From contig CAVSGI010000014.1 of the NCBI GenBank assembly GCA_963727445.1, positions 128,001 to 192,000 of the forward strand: 64,000 nucleotides of DNA, written 5' to 3'. The position numbers and the translations under genes were made by a program. Position 1 is the first letter of the stretch. Every line of letters begins with the position of its first letter. The notes below the pieces were generated by a model, which saw only the letters and a list, made by a program, of their open reading frames with translations, had not been told where the DNA came from and made no database searches. Positions 1 through 13,542 of this stretch are shown here, one piece after another. This DNA comes from an uncultured delta proteobacterium. GTDB taxonomy: Bacteria; Myxococcota_A; Polyangia; Polyangiales; B10-G4.

Positions 1-235
1 AGCTGCGGTCGCAGGTGAAGCGGTCGTCCACCTCGGTCGGGGCGAACATCGCCGAGGGGTGCACGCAGAGCTCACGGGCGATGCGGCGCAAGCACTACGA
101 GATCGCCCGGGGGTCGGCGGTCGAGACGGTTGCTTGCTCGAACTGGCCGAAGCGACGGGGGATCGCCTGCCCGTCGAGGAGGTCCGGAGCCACGGCGCAG
201 CCATCGCCGCGATGCTCACGAGAATGCTGCGGTAG
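1..235 (+). CDS. Four-helix-bundle protein (23S rRNA-IVP/bAvd-like family), 5'-truncated by the window edge, one apparent frameshift near 137
   Basis: Frame 3 reads LRSQVKRSSTSVGANIAEG...HYEIARGSAVETVAC, the family signature (Q..R...S...NIAEG...ARGS..E). It continues after a 1-nt shift as LELAEATG...AAIAAMLTRMLR* (TAG 233-235). Confidence 0.8.
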   Translation, partial: AAVAGEAVVHLGRGEHRRGVHAELTGDAAQALRDRPGVGGRDGCLLELAEATGDRLPVEEVRSHGAAIAAMLTRMLR

Positions 236-241
236 ACATTT

Positions 242-276
242 GAGAGCCGGGAGGGTCCTTCGCCCTCCCGGCTCTC
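242..276. terminator. Perfect 14-bp stem hairpin between two convergent genes
   Basis: GAGAGCCGGGAGGG-TCCTTCG-CCCTCCCGGCTCTC. There is no U-tract, so termination is inferred from position only. Confidence 0.6.
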
Positions 277-280
277 GCAC

Positions 281-1943
<1,663 letters not shown>

Positions 1944-1947
<4 letters not shown>

Positions 1948-2586
1948 GCACCTTCGACGTCGTCGTCCTGGCTTCCGGCCGAGGATCGAACCTCGCCGCG
2001 CTCCTGGATGCCATCGACCAGGGGCGTTGCCAGGCGCGTGTGGTGGCGCTCGTCACCGACCGCCCGAAGGCCGGCGCGCGCGACATCGCCGCCGCGCGTG
2101 GGATCGAGAGCCGCGTCGTCTCCCCTCGGGACCACGAGAGCCGCGAGGCCTGGAACGAAGCGCTCTCGGACCAGATCGCCAAGAGCGACCCAGCGCTGGT
2201 GGTGCTGGCCGGCTTCATGCGCCTCGTCGCCGCGCCGCTGTTGACCCGCTTCGAGGGGCGGATCATCAACATCCACCCCTCGCTCCTTCCGGCGTTCCCC
2301 GGCATCGACGGCCCGGGGCAAGCGATCGCCGCGGGGGTGCGGAATCAGTGGCTGCACCGTCCACCGCGTCGATGCAGGCGTCGACAGCGGTCAGATCCTC
2401 GCGCAAGCCGCCGTCCCCGTGTTCCCGGACGACGACGCGGCGCGTCTGCACGCGCGGATCCAGAAACAAGAGCATCGCCTCCTTCCAGCGGTCGTGGATC
2501 ACATCGCCCGCGGCACGCTCGATGCCGCTGCCGGGCGCGACCGCGACGCCCTGCTCTCCCTCGAGCCGCGAGAGCCGACCTCGTGA
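1944..2586 (+). CDS. purN: Phosphoribosylglycinamide formyltransferase, apparent frameshift near 2343
   Basis: VVLASGRGSNL...LAGFMRL...INIHPSLLPAFPG, then shifted ISGCTVHRVDAGVDSGQILAQ...EHRL. GTG start overlaps the purM stop. Confidence 0.92.
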
Positions 2587-4115
2587 GCGGGAGCTACTTC
2601 GACGCCATCGTGATCGGCGACCGTCTCGGACCGCTGGTCTGTGCGGGGCTCCTGGCCAAGCGGGGCTTCCGCGTGCTCCTCGTCACGGGCGACACGCCGC
2701 CGCCTTCGTACGAGGTCGAGGGGGTCACGCTCCCCGCGAGCCCTTCACCTTCCTCGGAGCGGACACCCCCATCGCGCGCCGCGTCTTCTCCGAGCTGGCG
2801 CTCGGCCAGCGCTTTCGCCGGCGCGCAAGAACGGCCGACCCGCCCTTTGGCGTTGCCCTACCAGGACACCGCTTCGACGTCCCGTCCCAGGAAGCGCTTC
2901 TCGAGCGCGAGATCGAACGCGAGTTCCCGAACGTGCGGCGTCCAATCGAAGAGTTCTTCAAGAACCTCCGCGCCGAAAATGAAGCGCTCGACGCCTTCTT
3001 CGGCCGTGACCTGCCCTGGTCTCCCCGCGGCTTCCTCGAGCGGCGCGAGCTGACCCGCGCGAGCGCTCACCTGCCCTTCAATCAGACCGGCAGAGGCAAG
3101 AGCCCCCTCGCCGAGCTCCCTCGGTCGCACCCCTTCCGCATGGCGGTGCTGGCGCCCGTGACCCTGGCGAGCCATCTCGACCAATCGCCACCGACCGAGC
3201 TCGCCGTCTCGCGTCTGCTCGCGAGCTGGTGGCGGGGACCCGCCATCATCGAAGGCGGCTGGGCGCGGTTGTCGGCCATGCTCATCGAGAAGATCCGCAC
3301 CCTCGGCGGCGAGGTGCGCGAACGCGAGCGCTCGACCCGGGTCACCACGTCGCGCGGCGCGGTGAGCGGCGTCCTGCTCTCGAGCTCCGACGAGCCGCTC
3401 GGCGCCGGCTTCGTCATCTGCGGCCACGACCTGTCGCGCACGCTGCGTCTCTTCGAGGATCGCCGCGCCTTCGAGCGCACCTTCGAGACCAAGGGCGAGC
3501 CTCAGACCCGCTACTACCGATTCACGCTGAACCTCGTCCTGCCGAAGAGCGCCATTCCTCAGGGCCTCGCCCGCGACACGCTCTACGTTCGCGATCTGGA
3601 AGGACAGCTCTGGGGGGAAGACCTGCTGCGCATCCATCGAGCCCCGGTGGGCGAGAGCGACCACGGCGTGCTCTCCGTGGAGTCGCTGCTCCCGCGACGC
3701 GGCGTGGAGGAGGTGACCGGCTACCTCGACGGCGCGCGAGAGCGGGTCCTCGCGTCGCTCTCGGAGCTGATGCCCTTCCTGCCCGAGAGCGTCACCCTCG
3801 TCGACTCCCCCCACGACGGCCGTCCACCGACCGACGGGCAGGGCAACGAGAATCTCCGACGCCGAGCCCTGGGGTCGCGGCCCCCGCTCCATGCGCGCCG
3901 TGCACGGCTATCCGGTCCCGGGGGTGCTCGGCGTCAGCGCCCTTCCCTCGCGCACGCCGATCAAACGCTTCCTCTGGGCCAACACCCAGGTCCTTCCCGG
4001 TCTGGGCCTGGAGGGCGAGCTCCTGAGCGCGTGGGAGGCCGCCCGCATCGTCACCAAGAGCGACCGGCGCAAAGACAAGATGCGCCGTGGCCTGTGGACC
4101 AAGGCCGAGATCTGA
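2583..4115 (+). CDS. FAD-dependent oxidoreductase-fold protein (phytoene dehydrogenase-like), apparent frameshifts near 2735 and 3851
   Basis: N-terminal FDAIVIGDRLGPLVCAGLLAKRGFRVL (degenerate Rossmann motif), internal IEGGWARLSAMLIEKIRTLGGEV, C-terminal PGLGLEGELLSAWEAA. Pieced together from three frames. Confidence 0.65.
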
Positions 4116-4151
4116 CGGCTACCAGCGCTCGGAGTAGTTTAGACTCGCTGA

Positions 4152-5249
4152 ATGCAAGCCGAGGAACGCCCGCGCATCACCCTCCACCAGCTCTTGCGCG
4201 TGATGATCGAGCGCGGAGCCTCGGACCTCCACGTGACCGCGGGCACACCGCCGCAGCTGAGGCTCGACGGCAGCCTGGTGCCGCTCAAGACGGCGCCCTT
4301 GTCGCCGATCGAGACCAAGCAGCTCTGTTACTCGGTGCTGACCGAAGAGCAGAAGGTGAAGTTCGAAAAGGACAACGAGCTCGACCTCTCCTTCGGGGTG
4401 AAGGGGCTGAGCCGTTTCCGAGCGAACGTGTACATGCAGCGCGGCGCGGTGGCGGGCGCCTTCCGCGCCATCCCGTTCAAGATCTCCACCTTCGAAGATC
4501 TGGGTCTTCCGCCGGTGGTGCAGGAGCTCTGCGGCCTGCCCCGCGGCCTGGTGCTGGTCACCGGACCCACCGGCTCGGGGAAGTCGACGACCCTCGCGTC
4601 GATGATCGACAAGATCAACAGCGAGACGCGCCAGCACATCATCACCATCGAAGATCCGATCGAGTTCCTCCATCCGAACAAGCTCTGCGTGGTGAACCAA
4701 CGCGAGATCGGCATGGACACCTCGAGCTTCTCCCAAGCCCTCAAGTACGTCCTACGTCAGGATCCGGATGTGGTGCTGGTCGGCGAGATGCGCGACCTGG
4801 AGACCATCCAATCCGCGCTGACCATCAGCGAGACGGGTCACCTGGTCTTCGCCACCCTGCACACCAACGGCGCCATCCAGTCGATCAACCGCATCATCGA
4901 CGTCTTCCCACCGCACTCCCAGTCGCAGGTCCGGGCCCAGCTCTCCTTCGTGCTTCAGGCGGTGATCAGTCAGATCCTGGTGGCGCGCACCGACGCCCCG
5001 GGCCGGGCGATGGCCTGCGAGGTCATGATCCCGAACGCCGCCATCCGAAACCTCATCCGCGAGGACAAGGTCCACCAGATCTACTCCGCGATGCAGACCG
5101 GTCAGGGACGCAGCGGCATGCAGACCCTCAACCAATCCCTGCTCCTGCTCTTCCAGCGGGGGATGATCAGCCTCGAAGACGCCCTCGGCCGCTCTCCCGA
5201 GCCCATCGAGCTCCAAACCATGATCGAAGGGGGCCGGCGGCGCCGCTGA
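4152..5249 (+). CDS. pilT: Type IV pilus retraction ATPase
   Basis: ASDLH, Walker A GPTGSGKST, TIEDPIE, LRQDPDVVLVGEMRD, TGHLVFATLH and AIRNLIRE motifs. Confidence 0.96.
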   Translation: MQAEERPRITLHQLLRVMIERGASDLHVTAGTPPQLRLDGSLVPLKTAPLSPIETKQLCYSVLTEEQKVKFEKDNELDLSFGVKGLSRFRANVYMQRGAVAGAFRAIPFKISTFEDLGLPPVVQELCGLPRGLVLVTGPTGSGKSTTLASMIDKINSETRQHIITIEDPIEFLHPNKLCVVNQREIGMDTSSFSQALKYVLRQDPDVVLVGEMRDLETIQSALTISETGHLVFATLHTNGAIQSINRIIDVFPPHSQSQVRAQLSFVLQAVISQILVARTDAPGRAMACEVMIPNAAIRNLIREDKVHQIYSAMQTGQGRSGMQTLNQSLLLLFQRGMISLEDALGRSPEPIELQTMIEGGRRRR

Positions 5250-5395
5250 TGTAGGCTCTGCGCCTACACGCCCAAGTCCGGGGGCCATCCGCGGGTCCAA
5301 GAGCACCGGATCGGCGAGCTCCGCGACGGCGCGGGCAGGTCCGACTCCTTGACGATGATTGTCCCAAGCCGCCAAGATTTCGCAGGGGTTCGTCC

Positions 5396-6367
5396 GTGAC
5401 GCGCGGCATCTTCACCTGGGTCTTCCTCGCGCTCTTGCTCAGCGCCGTCTGGGCACCGTTCGCCTGCGCCCAGAACGCCGAGGAAAGGCGGGCGGCCGGA
5501 CGCGCATACAACCGCGGCTCCACCGCCTACCTCGCCGAGAACTGGGCGGAGGCGGCCCGCTGGTTCGAGACGGCGCACCGACTGGCCCCTGCGGCCCCCG
5601 CGCTCATCCAGGCGGTGCGCTCTCACCGCCTGGCCGATCACCGCCTGCGCGCCGCGACCCTCTCCCTCAGGCTGCTCGCCCTCTACCCGAACGACGAGAG
5701 CGCCACCGCCACCGCGGAAGAGGTGCTGGGCGAAGACGCCGACCGCTTCTTTCGCGTGGACGTCGTCTGCGACGGCTGCACGGTGGACCTCGACGGAACG
5801 CTCCAGGAGCATCCGTCCTTCTTCGTGACGCCGGACGAGCCCCACACCATCACCGCGACCTTCGAGACCGGCCCGGTGAGCGAGACCATCCACGGTGAAG
5901 CGGGTGAGCGCCGGGAGCTCACCTTCGACGCGCCGCCCCCGAGCATCGGCGAAGAGCTGGGGACGATTGAGACGCCGACGGGCGGGGGCAACGCAGACGA
6001 CCAGGTCGTGATACAGCCACCCGACGACGAGGTGGACTCGGGCGGCGGTGGGCTCAATCCGCTCTTCTTCATCAGCTCGGTGGTCCTGACCGCCGGCGCC
6101 GGCGGCCTCCTCATCTGGTCCGGCGTCGACGCCCTCTCCGGAGTCGACGCCTACGAGGCGGATCCGACCGACGCTCGCCTCGCCGAAGGGCAGAGCAAGG
6201 AGCTCCGCACCAACATCCTGATCGGTGTGACCGGCGGCCTCGGCATCGTCAGCGCGGTCCTGCTCTTCCTCACGGATTGGGGCGGCAGCGACGACGAGGA
6301 GGAGCTCGACGTCGCCCTCGCCCCGATCGCCGGCGGCGGCGCGGCCTTCGTCGGAGGGCGCTTCTGA
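5396..6367 (+). CDS. Exported TPR/PEGA-like protein with C-terminal hydrophobic helices (typical partner of myxobacterial Ser/Thr kinases)
   Basis: Signal peptide, TPR-like helix pair (AYNRGSTAYLAENWAEAARWFETAHRLAP), beta-rich middle, Gly-rich hydrophobic C-terminus ending GGRF. Stop overlaps the kinase ATG. Confidence 0.6.
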   Translation: MTRGIFTWVFLALLLSAVWAPFACAQNAEERRAAGRAYNRGSTAYLAENWAEAARWFETAHRLAPAAPALIQAVRSHRLADHRLRAATLSLRLLALYPNDESATATAEEVLGEDADRFFRVDVVCDGCTVDLDGTLQEHPSFFVTPDEPHTITATFETGPVSETIHGEAGERRELTFDAPPPSIGEELGTIETPTGGGNADDQVVIQPPDDEVDSGGGGLNPLFFISSVVLTAGAGGLLIWSGVDALSGVDAYEADPTDARLAEGQSKELRTNILIGVTGGLGIVSAVLLFLTDWGGSDDEEELDVALAPIAGGGAAFVGGRF

Positions 6368-7989
6368 TGGCCCAGCCGGCCCCCATGGGCGACGTCATGT
6401 CCCTCGCGGGCCAGCGGCTCGGGCGCTACGAGATCCTCACGCAACTGGCGTCGGGCGGCATGGCGAGCGTCTACATCGCGCGCGCGCAGGGGGTGGCCGG
6501 CTTCGAGCGCCTGGTCGCCGTCAAGGTGATGCATCCCCACCTCGCCCACGAGGAGGAGTTCATCCAGATGTTCCTCGACGAGGCGCGGCTGGCGGCGCGC
6601 ATCCGCCACCCGAACGTCGTGCCCACCCTCGACATCTCCGACACCGACGGGCGCGGGTTCTACCTGGTGATGGACTACGTCGAAGGCGATCACCTGGGCG
6701 CGCTCCTGCGTGGGGCGGTCACCAAGCGAGAGCGCCTCGATCCTGGCGTCGCGGTCCGCGTGGTCCTGGACGCGCTCGCTGGGTTGGCCGCCGCGCACAC
6801 GCTCACCGGTGTGGACGGCAATCCGCTCAACCTCGTCCACCGCGACATCTCACCGCACAACATCCTCGTCGGCGCCGACGGCGTCTCGCGGCTGACGGAC
6901 TTCGGCGTCGCGAAAGCAGAGGTGCGCCTGTCCTCCACGCGCGATGGGCAGTTCAAGGGAAAGCTCGGCTACATGGCGCCGGAGCACGCCTCGACCGGCC
7001 TCGCCGACCAGCGCTCTGACATCTTCTCGATGGGTATCGTCCTGTGGGAGTGCCTCGCGTCGAAGCGCCTCTTCCGCGGCGAGAACAACGCGGCGACGCT
7101 GAGCAAGATCCTCAGCATGCCGGTGCCGATCCTGGCGGAGCTCTCCCCCGTCCTCGCTCCCTTCGACGACGTGTTGGCGCGTGCGCTCGCGCGGCCGCCG
7201 GAGGAGCGCTTCCAGACCGCCGACGCCTTCCTCGAGGCGCTCGAGGAAGCCTGCGCTTCGGGGAACATCTCCCCCGCGAGCCCGCGGCAGGTCGCCAAGG
7301 CGGTGATGGAGCACGCCGGCGAGAAGGTCGACGCCGAACGCGCGCGCATCAAGGAAGCCATCGCGACCTACGGCGCGAGCTCGCTGACCGAGACGCCGCT
7401 GCCCCGCCCCTCCGATGGCTCGTCCTCGAAGACCTACCGCAAGGACGGCGTCGACCACGGCCAAGACGTGGTCACGATGGCCGCTCGGCCCTCTGCCGTC
7501 ACCGGAGAGCAGGAGCAGCAAGCGCCGAAGCGGGGATGGGTGCTCCCGGTCGCGGTCGTGGGCGGCCTCTTGCTGGTGGGTGGTGCGATCGCGGCCGCGG
7601 TGATCCTGATCCAGCGTGCCGACGCGCCCCCACCCGACGCCCAACCGACCTTCCACGTGATCGAGGGCAACGCGCCCAGCGCGGGAGCGGAGCCGGAGGC
7701 CGAGCCGCCCGAGGGGACGACCCCGCCCCACCTGGACGAGATCGCCCCCGAGCTGGAAGCGGCCGACTCCGAGGGCACGGAGGGACAGCCGAGCGAGGGC
7801 GGGCCCGAGGAGGCCAGGGAGGGGCAGAGCGGCGAGGAATCGGTGGCCCAGACCTCTGCCCGCCGGCGCGCCCACGGCATGCGCCGCACCGCCATGGCCC
7901 AGCACGACATGGGCATGGCCGAAACCGAGCCTCCCGCGATGGGGATGAGCCCGGGCGGCGATCTCATCGCCAACCCCTACACCCAGTGA
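6367..7989 (+). CDS. Hanks-type Ser/Thr protein kinase, single TM, acidic extracytoplasmic tail
   Basis: LASGGMASVY, VAVK, HRDISPHN, DFG, GKLGYMAPE and DIFSMG motifs; TM WVLPVAVVGGLLLVGGAIAAAVILI; ends NPY. Confidence 0.95.
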   Translation: MAQPAPMGDVMSLAGQRLGRYEILTQLASGGMASVYIARAQGVAGFERLVAVKVMHPHLAHEEEFIQMFLDEARLAARIRHPNVVPTLDISDTDGRGFYLVMDYVEGDHLGALLRGAVTKRERLDPGVAVRVVLDALAGLAAAHTLTGVDGNPLNLVHRDISPHNILVGADGVSRLTDFGVAKAEVRLSSTRDGQFKGKLGYMAPEHASTGLADQRSDIFSMGIVLWECLASKRLFRGENNAATLSKILSMPVPILAELSPVLAPFDDVLARALARPPEERFQTADAFLEALEEACASGNISPASPRQVAKAVMEHAGEKVDAERARIKEAIATYGASSLTETPLPRPSDGSSSKTYRKDGVDHGQDVVTMAARPSAVTGEQEQQAPKRGWVLPVAVVGGLLLVGGAIAAAVILIQRADAPPPDAQPTFHVIEGNAPSAGAEPEAEPPEGTTPPHLDEIAPELEAADSEGTEGQPSEGGPEEAREGQSGEESVAQTSARRRAHGMRRTAMAQHDMGMAETEPPAMGMSPGGDLIANPYTQ

Positions 7990-8075
7990 AGCCACCCCAT
8001 CTGGACGGTGGTCCAGGGCACGTTCTGCTCCGCTTTTGACCGCGTGCTCGGCCCTGGCTTAGGATCGGCGGGACG

Positions 8076-9287
<1,212 letters not shown>

Positions 9288-9318
9288 CGGCGAGACGCGG
9301 CGCCGGGACACGACCCGA

Positions 9319-10979
9319 GTGAGCACCGCAGTCGACACCACCGGTGGTCTCGCCCCCGGCCTCGACGACCGCGCGGTCGTCCGGCGTCGCCTGCAATGGC
9401 TGATGCTGGCGCGCCTGCTCTCCGCCAGCATCCTGCTCGGGGGCACCATGGTGCTCGCCGTCGCCGAGCGACGGCAGCTTCGCGCGCTTCACGCCCCAGG
9501 TGCTCCTGTGGCTGATCGTCAGCACCTTCGCAGCGTCCCTCGGGTTCGCCATCTGGCTGCCGCGGGCGGCCTCTCTGAGGCGGCTGGCAGCGGTACAGAT
9601 CGTCACCGACCTCCTGGTGGTGACCGGGTTGGTCTTCGTCTCGGGGGGCGTGGCGAGCGTCTTCACCTTCCTCTACGGCGTGGTGATCCTGATGGCCGCG
9701 CTCCTCATCGGGCCGAGCGCGAGCCAGAAGGTCGCGGTGGTCGCGGTGCTCGGCTACACGGTGATGGGCGTCTCGATGGCGACCGGATGGCTGCCCCACC
9801 CTCCCGATCAGGCCGCCGACCGCTACCTCCTCGACCTCGAGGACATCGGCTTCTCCCTGGTATCCAACATCGTCGGCCTCAGCCTGGTCGCGGCGCTCGC
9901 CGGCAACCTGTCGCAGCGGCTGCGTGCCGCAGGCGGTGAGCTGCGCCGCGCCACCGAGAGCGCCACGCGCCTGCAGCGACTCAACGACGACATCGTCCGC
10001 TCCATCAGCTCGGGCCTGTTCACCGTCGACGCCGACGGCCTCGTCGTCTCCGCCAACCCAGCGGCGGCGATCATCTATCGCACCAGCGCCGACGCGCTCG
10101 TGGGGAGGAAGGTGGACGGGCTCCTGCCCCTCGACGGAGACGCGCGCAGGGGCGAAGGCGAAGGGTCCCGTCCCGATGGAAGCGTCTTCATGGTCGGTTG
10201 GAACAGTGCGCCGCTCGTCGACGAGGCAGGAGAGTCGACCGGAACGCTCTACTCCTTCCAAGACCTGACGGAAATCGTGGAGCTGCGCAACGCGGCGCGC
10301 AAAGCGGAGCGCCTGGCCACCCTCGGCGGCCTCTCCGCCGGCCTCGCCCACGAGATCCGCAACCCACTCAGCTCGATCTCGGGCTCGGTGGAGCTCGTCC
10401 GCGAAGCCGAGGGGCTGTCGGAGGTGGACCGGCGGCTGCTGAGCACCGTGATCAGCGAGGTCGATCGCCTCGAGGATCTGGTGACCACCATGCTCTCCGT
10501 CGGGCGCCCGCGGCCCCTCGACCGCGCGAACCACGACCTGTCGGAGATCGCGGCGCAGGTGGCGACCATGGCCGAGCAGGGGCCGGCGCCAGCGCGGGAC
10601 GTCGCCATCGCGCTCGAGACGCCCGACGAGCCCGTGCACGCCTTCGTCGACGGGGCCCAGGTGCGGCAGGTGATTCTGGAACCTCCTCAAGAACGCGCTC
10701 AGCGCCACACAGCCGGGCGGCACGGTCACCCTCGGTGTGGCGAGCCTTCCGGACGGGCGCGCCGAGATTCGGGTGCAGGACCAAGGCGCCGGGATCGACG
10801 AAGAGGCTCGAGGACGTCTCTTCGAATCGTTCTATTCCGGCCGCCCCCACGGCGTGGGCCTCGGCCTCGCGCTGGTGAAACAGATCATCGATGCACACGA
10901 AGCGGAGATCCAGGTCGACAGTGAGCCCGGGAAAGGCTCGCGCTTCGTGGTGGTCTTTCCCGCTGTTCGCGAACGCTAG
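9319..10979 (+). CDS. pilS: PilS-like membrane sensor histidine kinase with PAS domain, apparent frameshifts near 9465 and 10675
   Basis: Multiple TM helices, PAS (ISSGLFTVDADG), H-box LAHEIRNPL, shifted N-box WNLLKNA, DQGAGI, GVGLGLA. Lies directly after pilC. Confidence 0.8.
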
Positions 10980-11662
10980 CGCAAGTGACGCGTGATCAGG
11001 TCGTGAACGCGCGGATGAAAGAGAATCTCGTTGTGCCCCACGCCCTCGACGCGGTGCACCTCGGCGCCTGCGAGGGCGCCGGCGCTCTCGGGTGGATTGC
11101 AGAGGCGGTCGGCGCCGGCGACGATCGCGACGTGTCTCAGATCCGGCCGCTCGGCGTGGCGCGCGTCGAGGCGCCGCAGCACCGCTCCCCCGGGCCGGAG
11201 GACGGTGGCCGGACCAGCGGGGAGATGCCGAACGGCGGTGGTCCCGGCGTGCGGGGTCGCGATGGTCAGGACGCGGTCTACCCGGTCCCCGAAGGGCGTT
11301 TCGTGAACGAAGGCGCGCGCCACGATGCCGCCCAGGGAGTGCCCGACGAGAGAGATCTTCGCGTCTTTCGGAACGTGGGCATCGACGTGCGCGACGAAGC
11401 GCTCGAGCACCGCCTCGAAACGACCCAGGGGCCCGTAGGTGAAGTCGAGGGTGACGACGCCCAGCTCCCGCTCCACCCGCTCGCGCAGCGGATCGAAGAC
11501 GGGCCCGGCGGCGAGGTAGCCGTGCACGAAGACCGCGACGCGCTCGGCCTCGATGGCCTTCGGACGGCGCAACAGGCCTCGCGCGATCAGGGATCCCTGT
11601 CGCGCGAGTGCGGCGAGCTCACGTCGGCGTTCACCGTACATCGGGCCAATGGAGGCTAGCAT
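10976..11662 (-). CDS. Alpha/beta-hydrolase (lipase/esterase-like)
   Basis: VFVHG, nucleophile elbow GHSLGG, IATPHAGT, GHNEIL. Confidence 0.85.
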   Translation of the reverse strand: MLASIGPMYGERRRELAALARQGSLIARGLLRRPKAIEAERVAVFVHGYLAAGPVFDPLRERVERELGVVTLDFTYGPLGRFEAVLERFVAHVDAHVPKDAKISLVGHSLGGIVARAFVHETPFGDRVDRVLTIATPHAGTTAVRHLPAGPATVLRPGGAVLRRLDARHAERPDLRHVAIVAGADRLCNPPESAGALAGAEVHRVEGVGHNEILFHPRVHDLITRHLR

Positions 11663-11692
11663 CGTCGGTGCGGAACGGCACCTGAGGCGCCT

Positions 11693-12514
11693 TCAGCCGC
11701 TCAGGAGCGCCCTCAGCGCCGCCCCAGGATCGGAAGCCCGCATCAGCCCCTCGCCGATCAGCACCGCGTCGGCTCTTCCCTCGGCCGCGTGCAGGAGATC
11801 CGCCCGCGTCTTGATCCCGCTCATGAAGACCGCGACGCGACCGATGGGCACCGCCGCGAGCGCTTCGCGCGCCTTTTGAGGATCGACCTCGAAGGTCATG
11901 AGGTCGCGCGCGTTGACGCCCACGATCTTCGCCTTCGTCTCGAGCGCCAACTCGACCTCCTCGGGGTCGGCGGCCTCGACCACCGGCTCCATCCCCGCCG
12001 CCTGCACCGCGGCGACCAGCGCAGCCAGCTGCTCCGCCTCGAGCGCGCGCACCAGGAGCAGGACCAGCGACGCGCCGCAGGCGCGCGCCAGCTCGACCTG
12101 GGTCTCGTCGAGGACGAAGCCCTTGAAGAGCACCGGACGTCGGACGACCTGCGCGACGCGTCGCACGTCGAGAGGGCTCCCGCAAAAACCGAGTCGATCG
12201 GCCAGCACGCTGATCGCCGATGCGCCGCTGTCTTCGTAAGCGCGCGCGACACGCACCGCTTCCCCCGGCGTACGCTCGCGGATGATGCCGCGGCTGGGAC
12301 TGGCGAATTTCACCTCGGCGATGACGCGTGGCATCTCACCTTCGGGTCGGCTGAGCGCAGAGAGCGCGTAGCGCCCGCGCTCCGGGTCGTGGGTGACCTC
12401 GGCGAAGATCGCCGCCGACGCAGCGACGTGCGCGCGCCGCCGGCGCACCTCTTCGCGCTTTCGCACCAGGATCTCCGAAAGATAGGTCTTCTTCTCGCCC
12501 GAGGAGTCGCTCAT
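11693..12514 (-). CDS. trpC: Indole-3-glycerol phosphate synthase
   Basis: VIAEVKFASPSRG, ASAISVL, VGVNARDL, AVLIGEGLMRA. Overlaps the trpD stop. Confidence 0.9.
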   Translation of the reverse strand: MSDSSGEKKTYLSEILVRKREEVRRRRAHVAASAAIFAEVTHDPERGRYALSALSRPEGEMPRVIAEVKFASPSRGIIRERTPGEAVRVARAYEDSGASAISVLADRLGFCGSPLDVRRVAQVVRRPVLFKGFVLDETQVELARACGASLVLLLVRALEAEQLAALVAAVQAAGMEPVVEAADPEEVELALETKAKIVGVNARDLMTFEVDPQKAREALAAVPIGRVAVFMSGIKTRADLLHAAEGRADAVLIGEGLMRASDPGAALRALLSG

Positions 12515-13542
12515 GTGCTCTGGCCGTGCGCGATGAAGCGCTCCAGCACGCGCAAGGCGTCGCCCTCGTCGAGGACCCTCGCGGTGCGAGCCGCGGCGGC
12601 GCGCGCATCCGTTTCGACGCCGGCAGCGAGGAGGGCCGCCGCTGCGTTGAGGATCACCGCGGCGCGCTGCGGGACGTCTCGTCCTTCGAGCACCTGGCGC
12701 GCGATGGCCGCATTGTGCGCTGCATCGCCCCCGGCGATCGACTCCGGCCCTCGCCGCGCCACGCCGAAATCCTCCGGGGTCACCTCGCGCTCTTCGACGA
12801 TCCCGTCGCGAAGCTGCGCCACACGCGTCGGACCCATCGGCGAGATCTCGTCGAGCCCGCCCTCCCCGTGTACGACCCATGCTCCCTCGACACCGAGGCG
12901 TCCCAGGACCTCCGCCACCTGTGAGAGGCGCGCCGGGTCGTAGACACCGACCAGTTGGTGCGTGGCGGCCGCAGGGTTCGACAGCGGTCCCAGCAGGTTG
13001 AAGAAGGTCCGCATGCCCAGAGACCTTCGCACCGGGGCGGCGTGGCGCATGGCGCCGTGGTACGCGGGCGCGAAGAAGAAACCGATCCCGTGCTCCTCCA
13101 CCGAGCGGGCTACGACCTCGGGCGGCAGCGCGAGGTTGGCGCCGAGCGCTTCGAGGACGTCGGCGCTCCCGGAGCGCGAGGAGACAGCACGGTTGCCGTG
13201 CTTGGCGACCTTCAGACCCGCGCCGGCCACGACGAAGGCCACCACCGTCGACACGTTGAAGGACCCGGCGCCGTCGCCCCCGGTGCCGCAGGTGTCGATC
13301 AGCACCTCGCCCTCGGCCCTGACGAGGGGCACCCTCAGCGACCGCCGCCGCATGACCCGCGCCGCCGCCGCGATCTCGGTCGCCGTCTCGCCCTTCATCC
13401 GAAGCGCGATCGCCAGGCCCGCGATCTGCGCCTCGGGCGCCTCACCGCCCAGGATCGCCTCCATGGCGGCCTCCATGGTCGGCGCGTCGAGATCACGACC
13501 CTCGACCACCGCGGCGAGCGCCGCGCGAAGCGCCTCGCTCAT
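12511..13542 (-). CDS. trpD: Anthranilate phosphoribosyltransferase
   Basis: DTCGTGGDG, NVST, KHGNRAVSSRSGSAD, FNLLGPLSNP, GLDEIS. Confidence 0.97.
   Translation of the reverse strand: MSEALRAALAAVVEGRDLDAPTMEAAMEAILGGEAPEAQIAGLAIALRMKGETATEIAAAARVMRRRSLRVPLVRAEGEVLIDTCGTGGDGAGSFNVSTVVAFVVAGAGLKVAKHGNRAVSSRSGSADVLEALGANLALPPEVVARSVEEHGIGFFFAPAYHGAMRHAAPVRRSLGMRTFFNLLGPLSNPAAATHQLVGVYDPARLSQVAEVLGRLGVEGAWVVHGEGGLDEISPMGPTRVAQLRDGIVEEREVTPEDFGVARRGPESIAGGDAAHNAAIARQVLEGRDVPQRAAVILNAAAALLAAGVETDARAAAARTARVLDEGDALRVLERFIAHGQST

Noticed and set aside
2027..5254. 1075-aa ORF, and other long overlapping or antisense ORFs (e.g. 43609-45540, 49558-51681, 57362-58984)
   Set aside because: Stop-poor alternative frames typical of high-GC DNA. 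Only the middle of 2027-5254 is real coding sequence (the frameshifted oxidoreductase).
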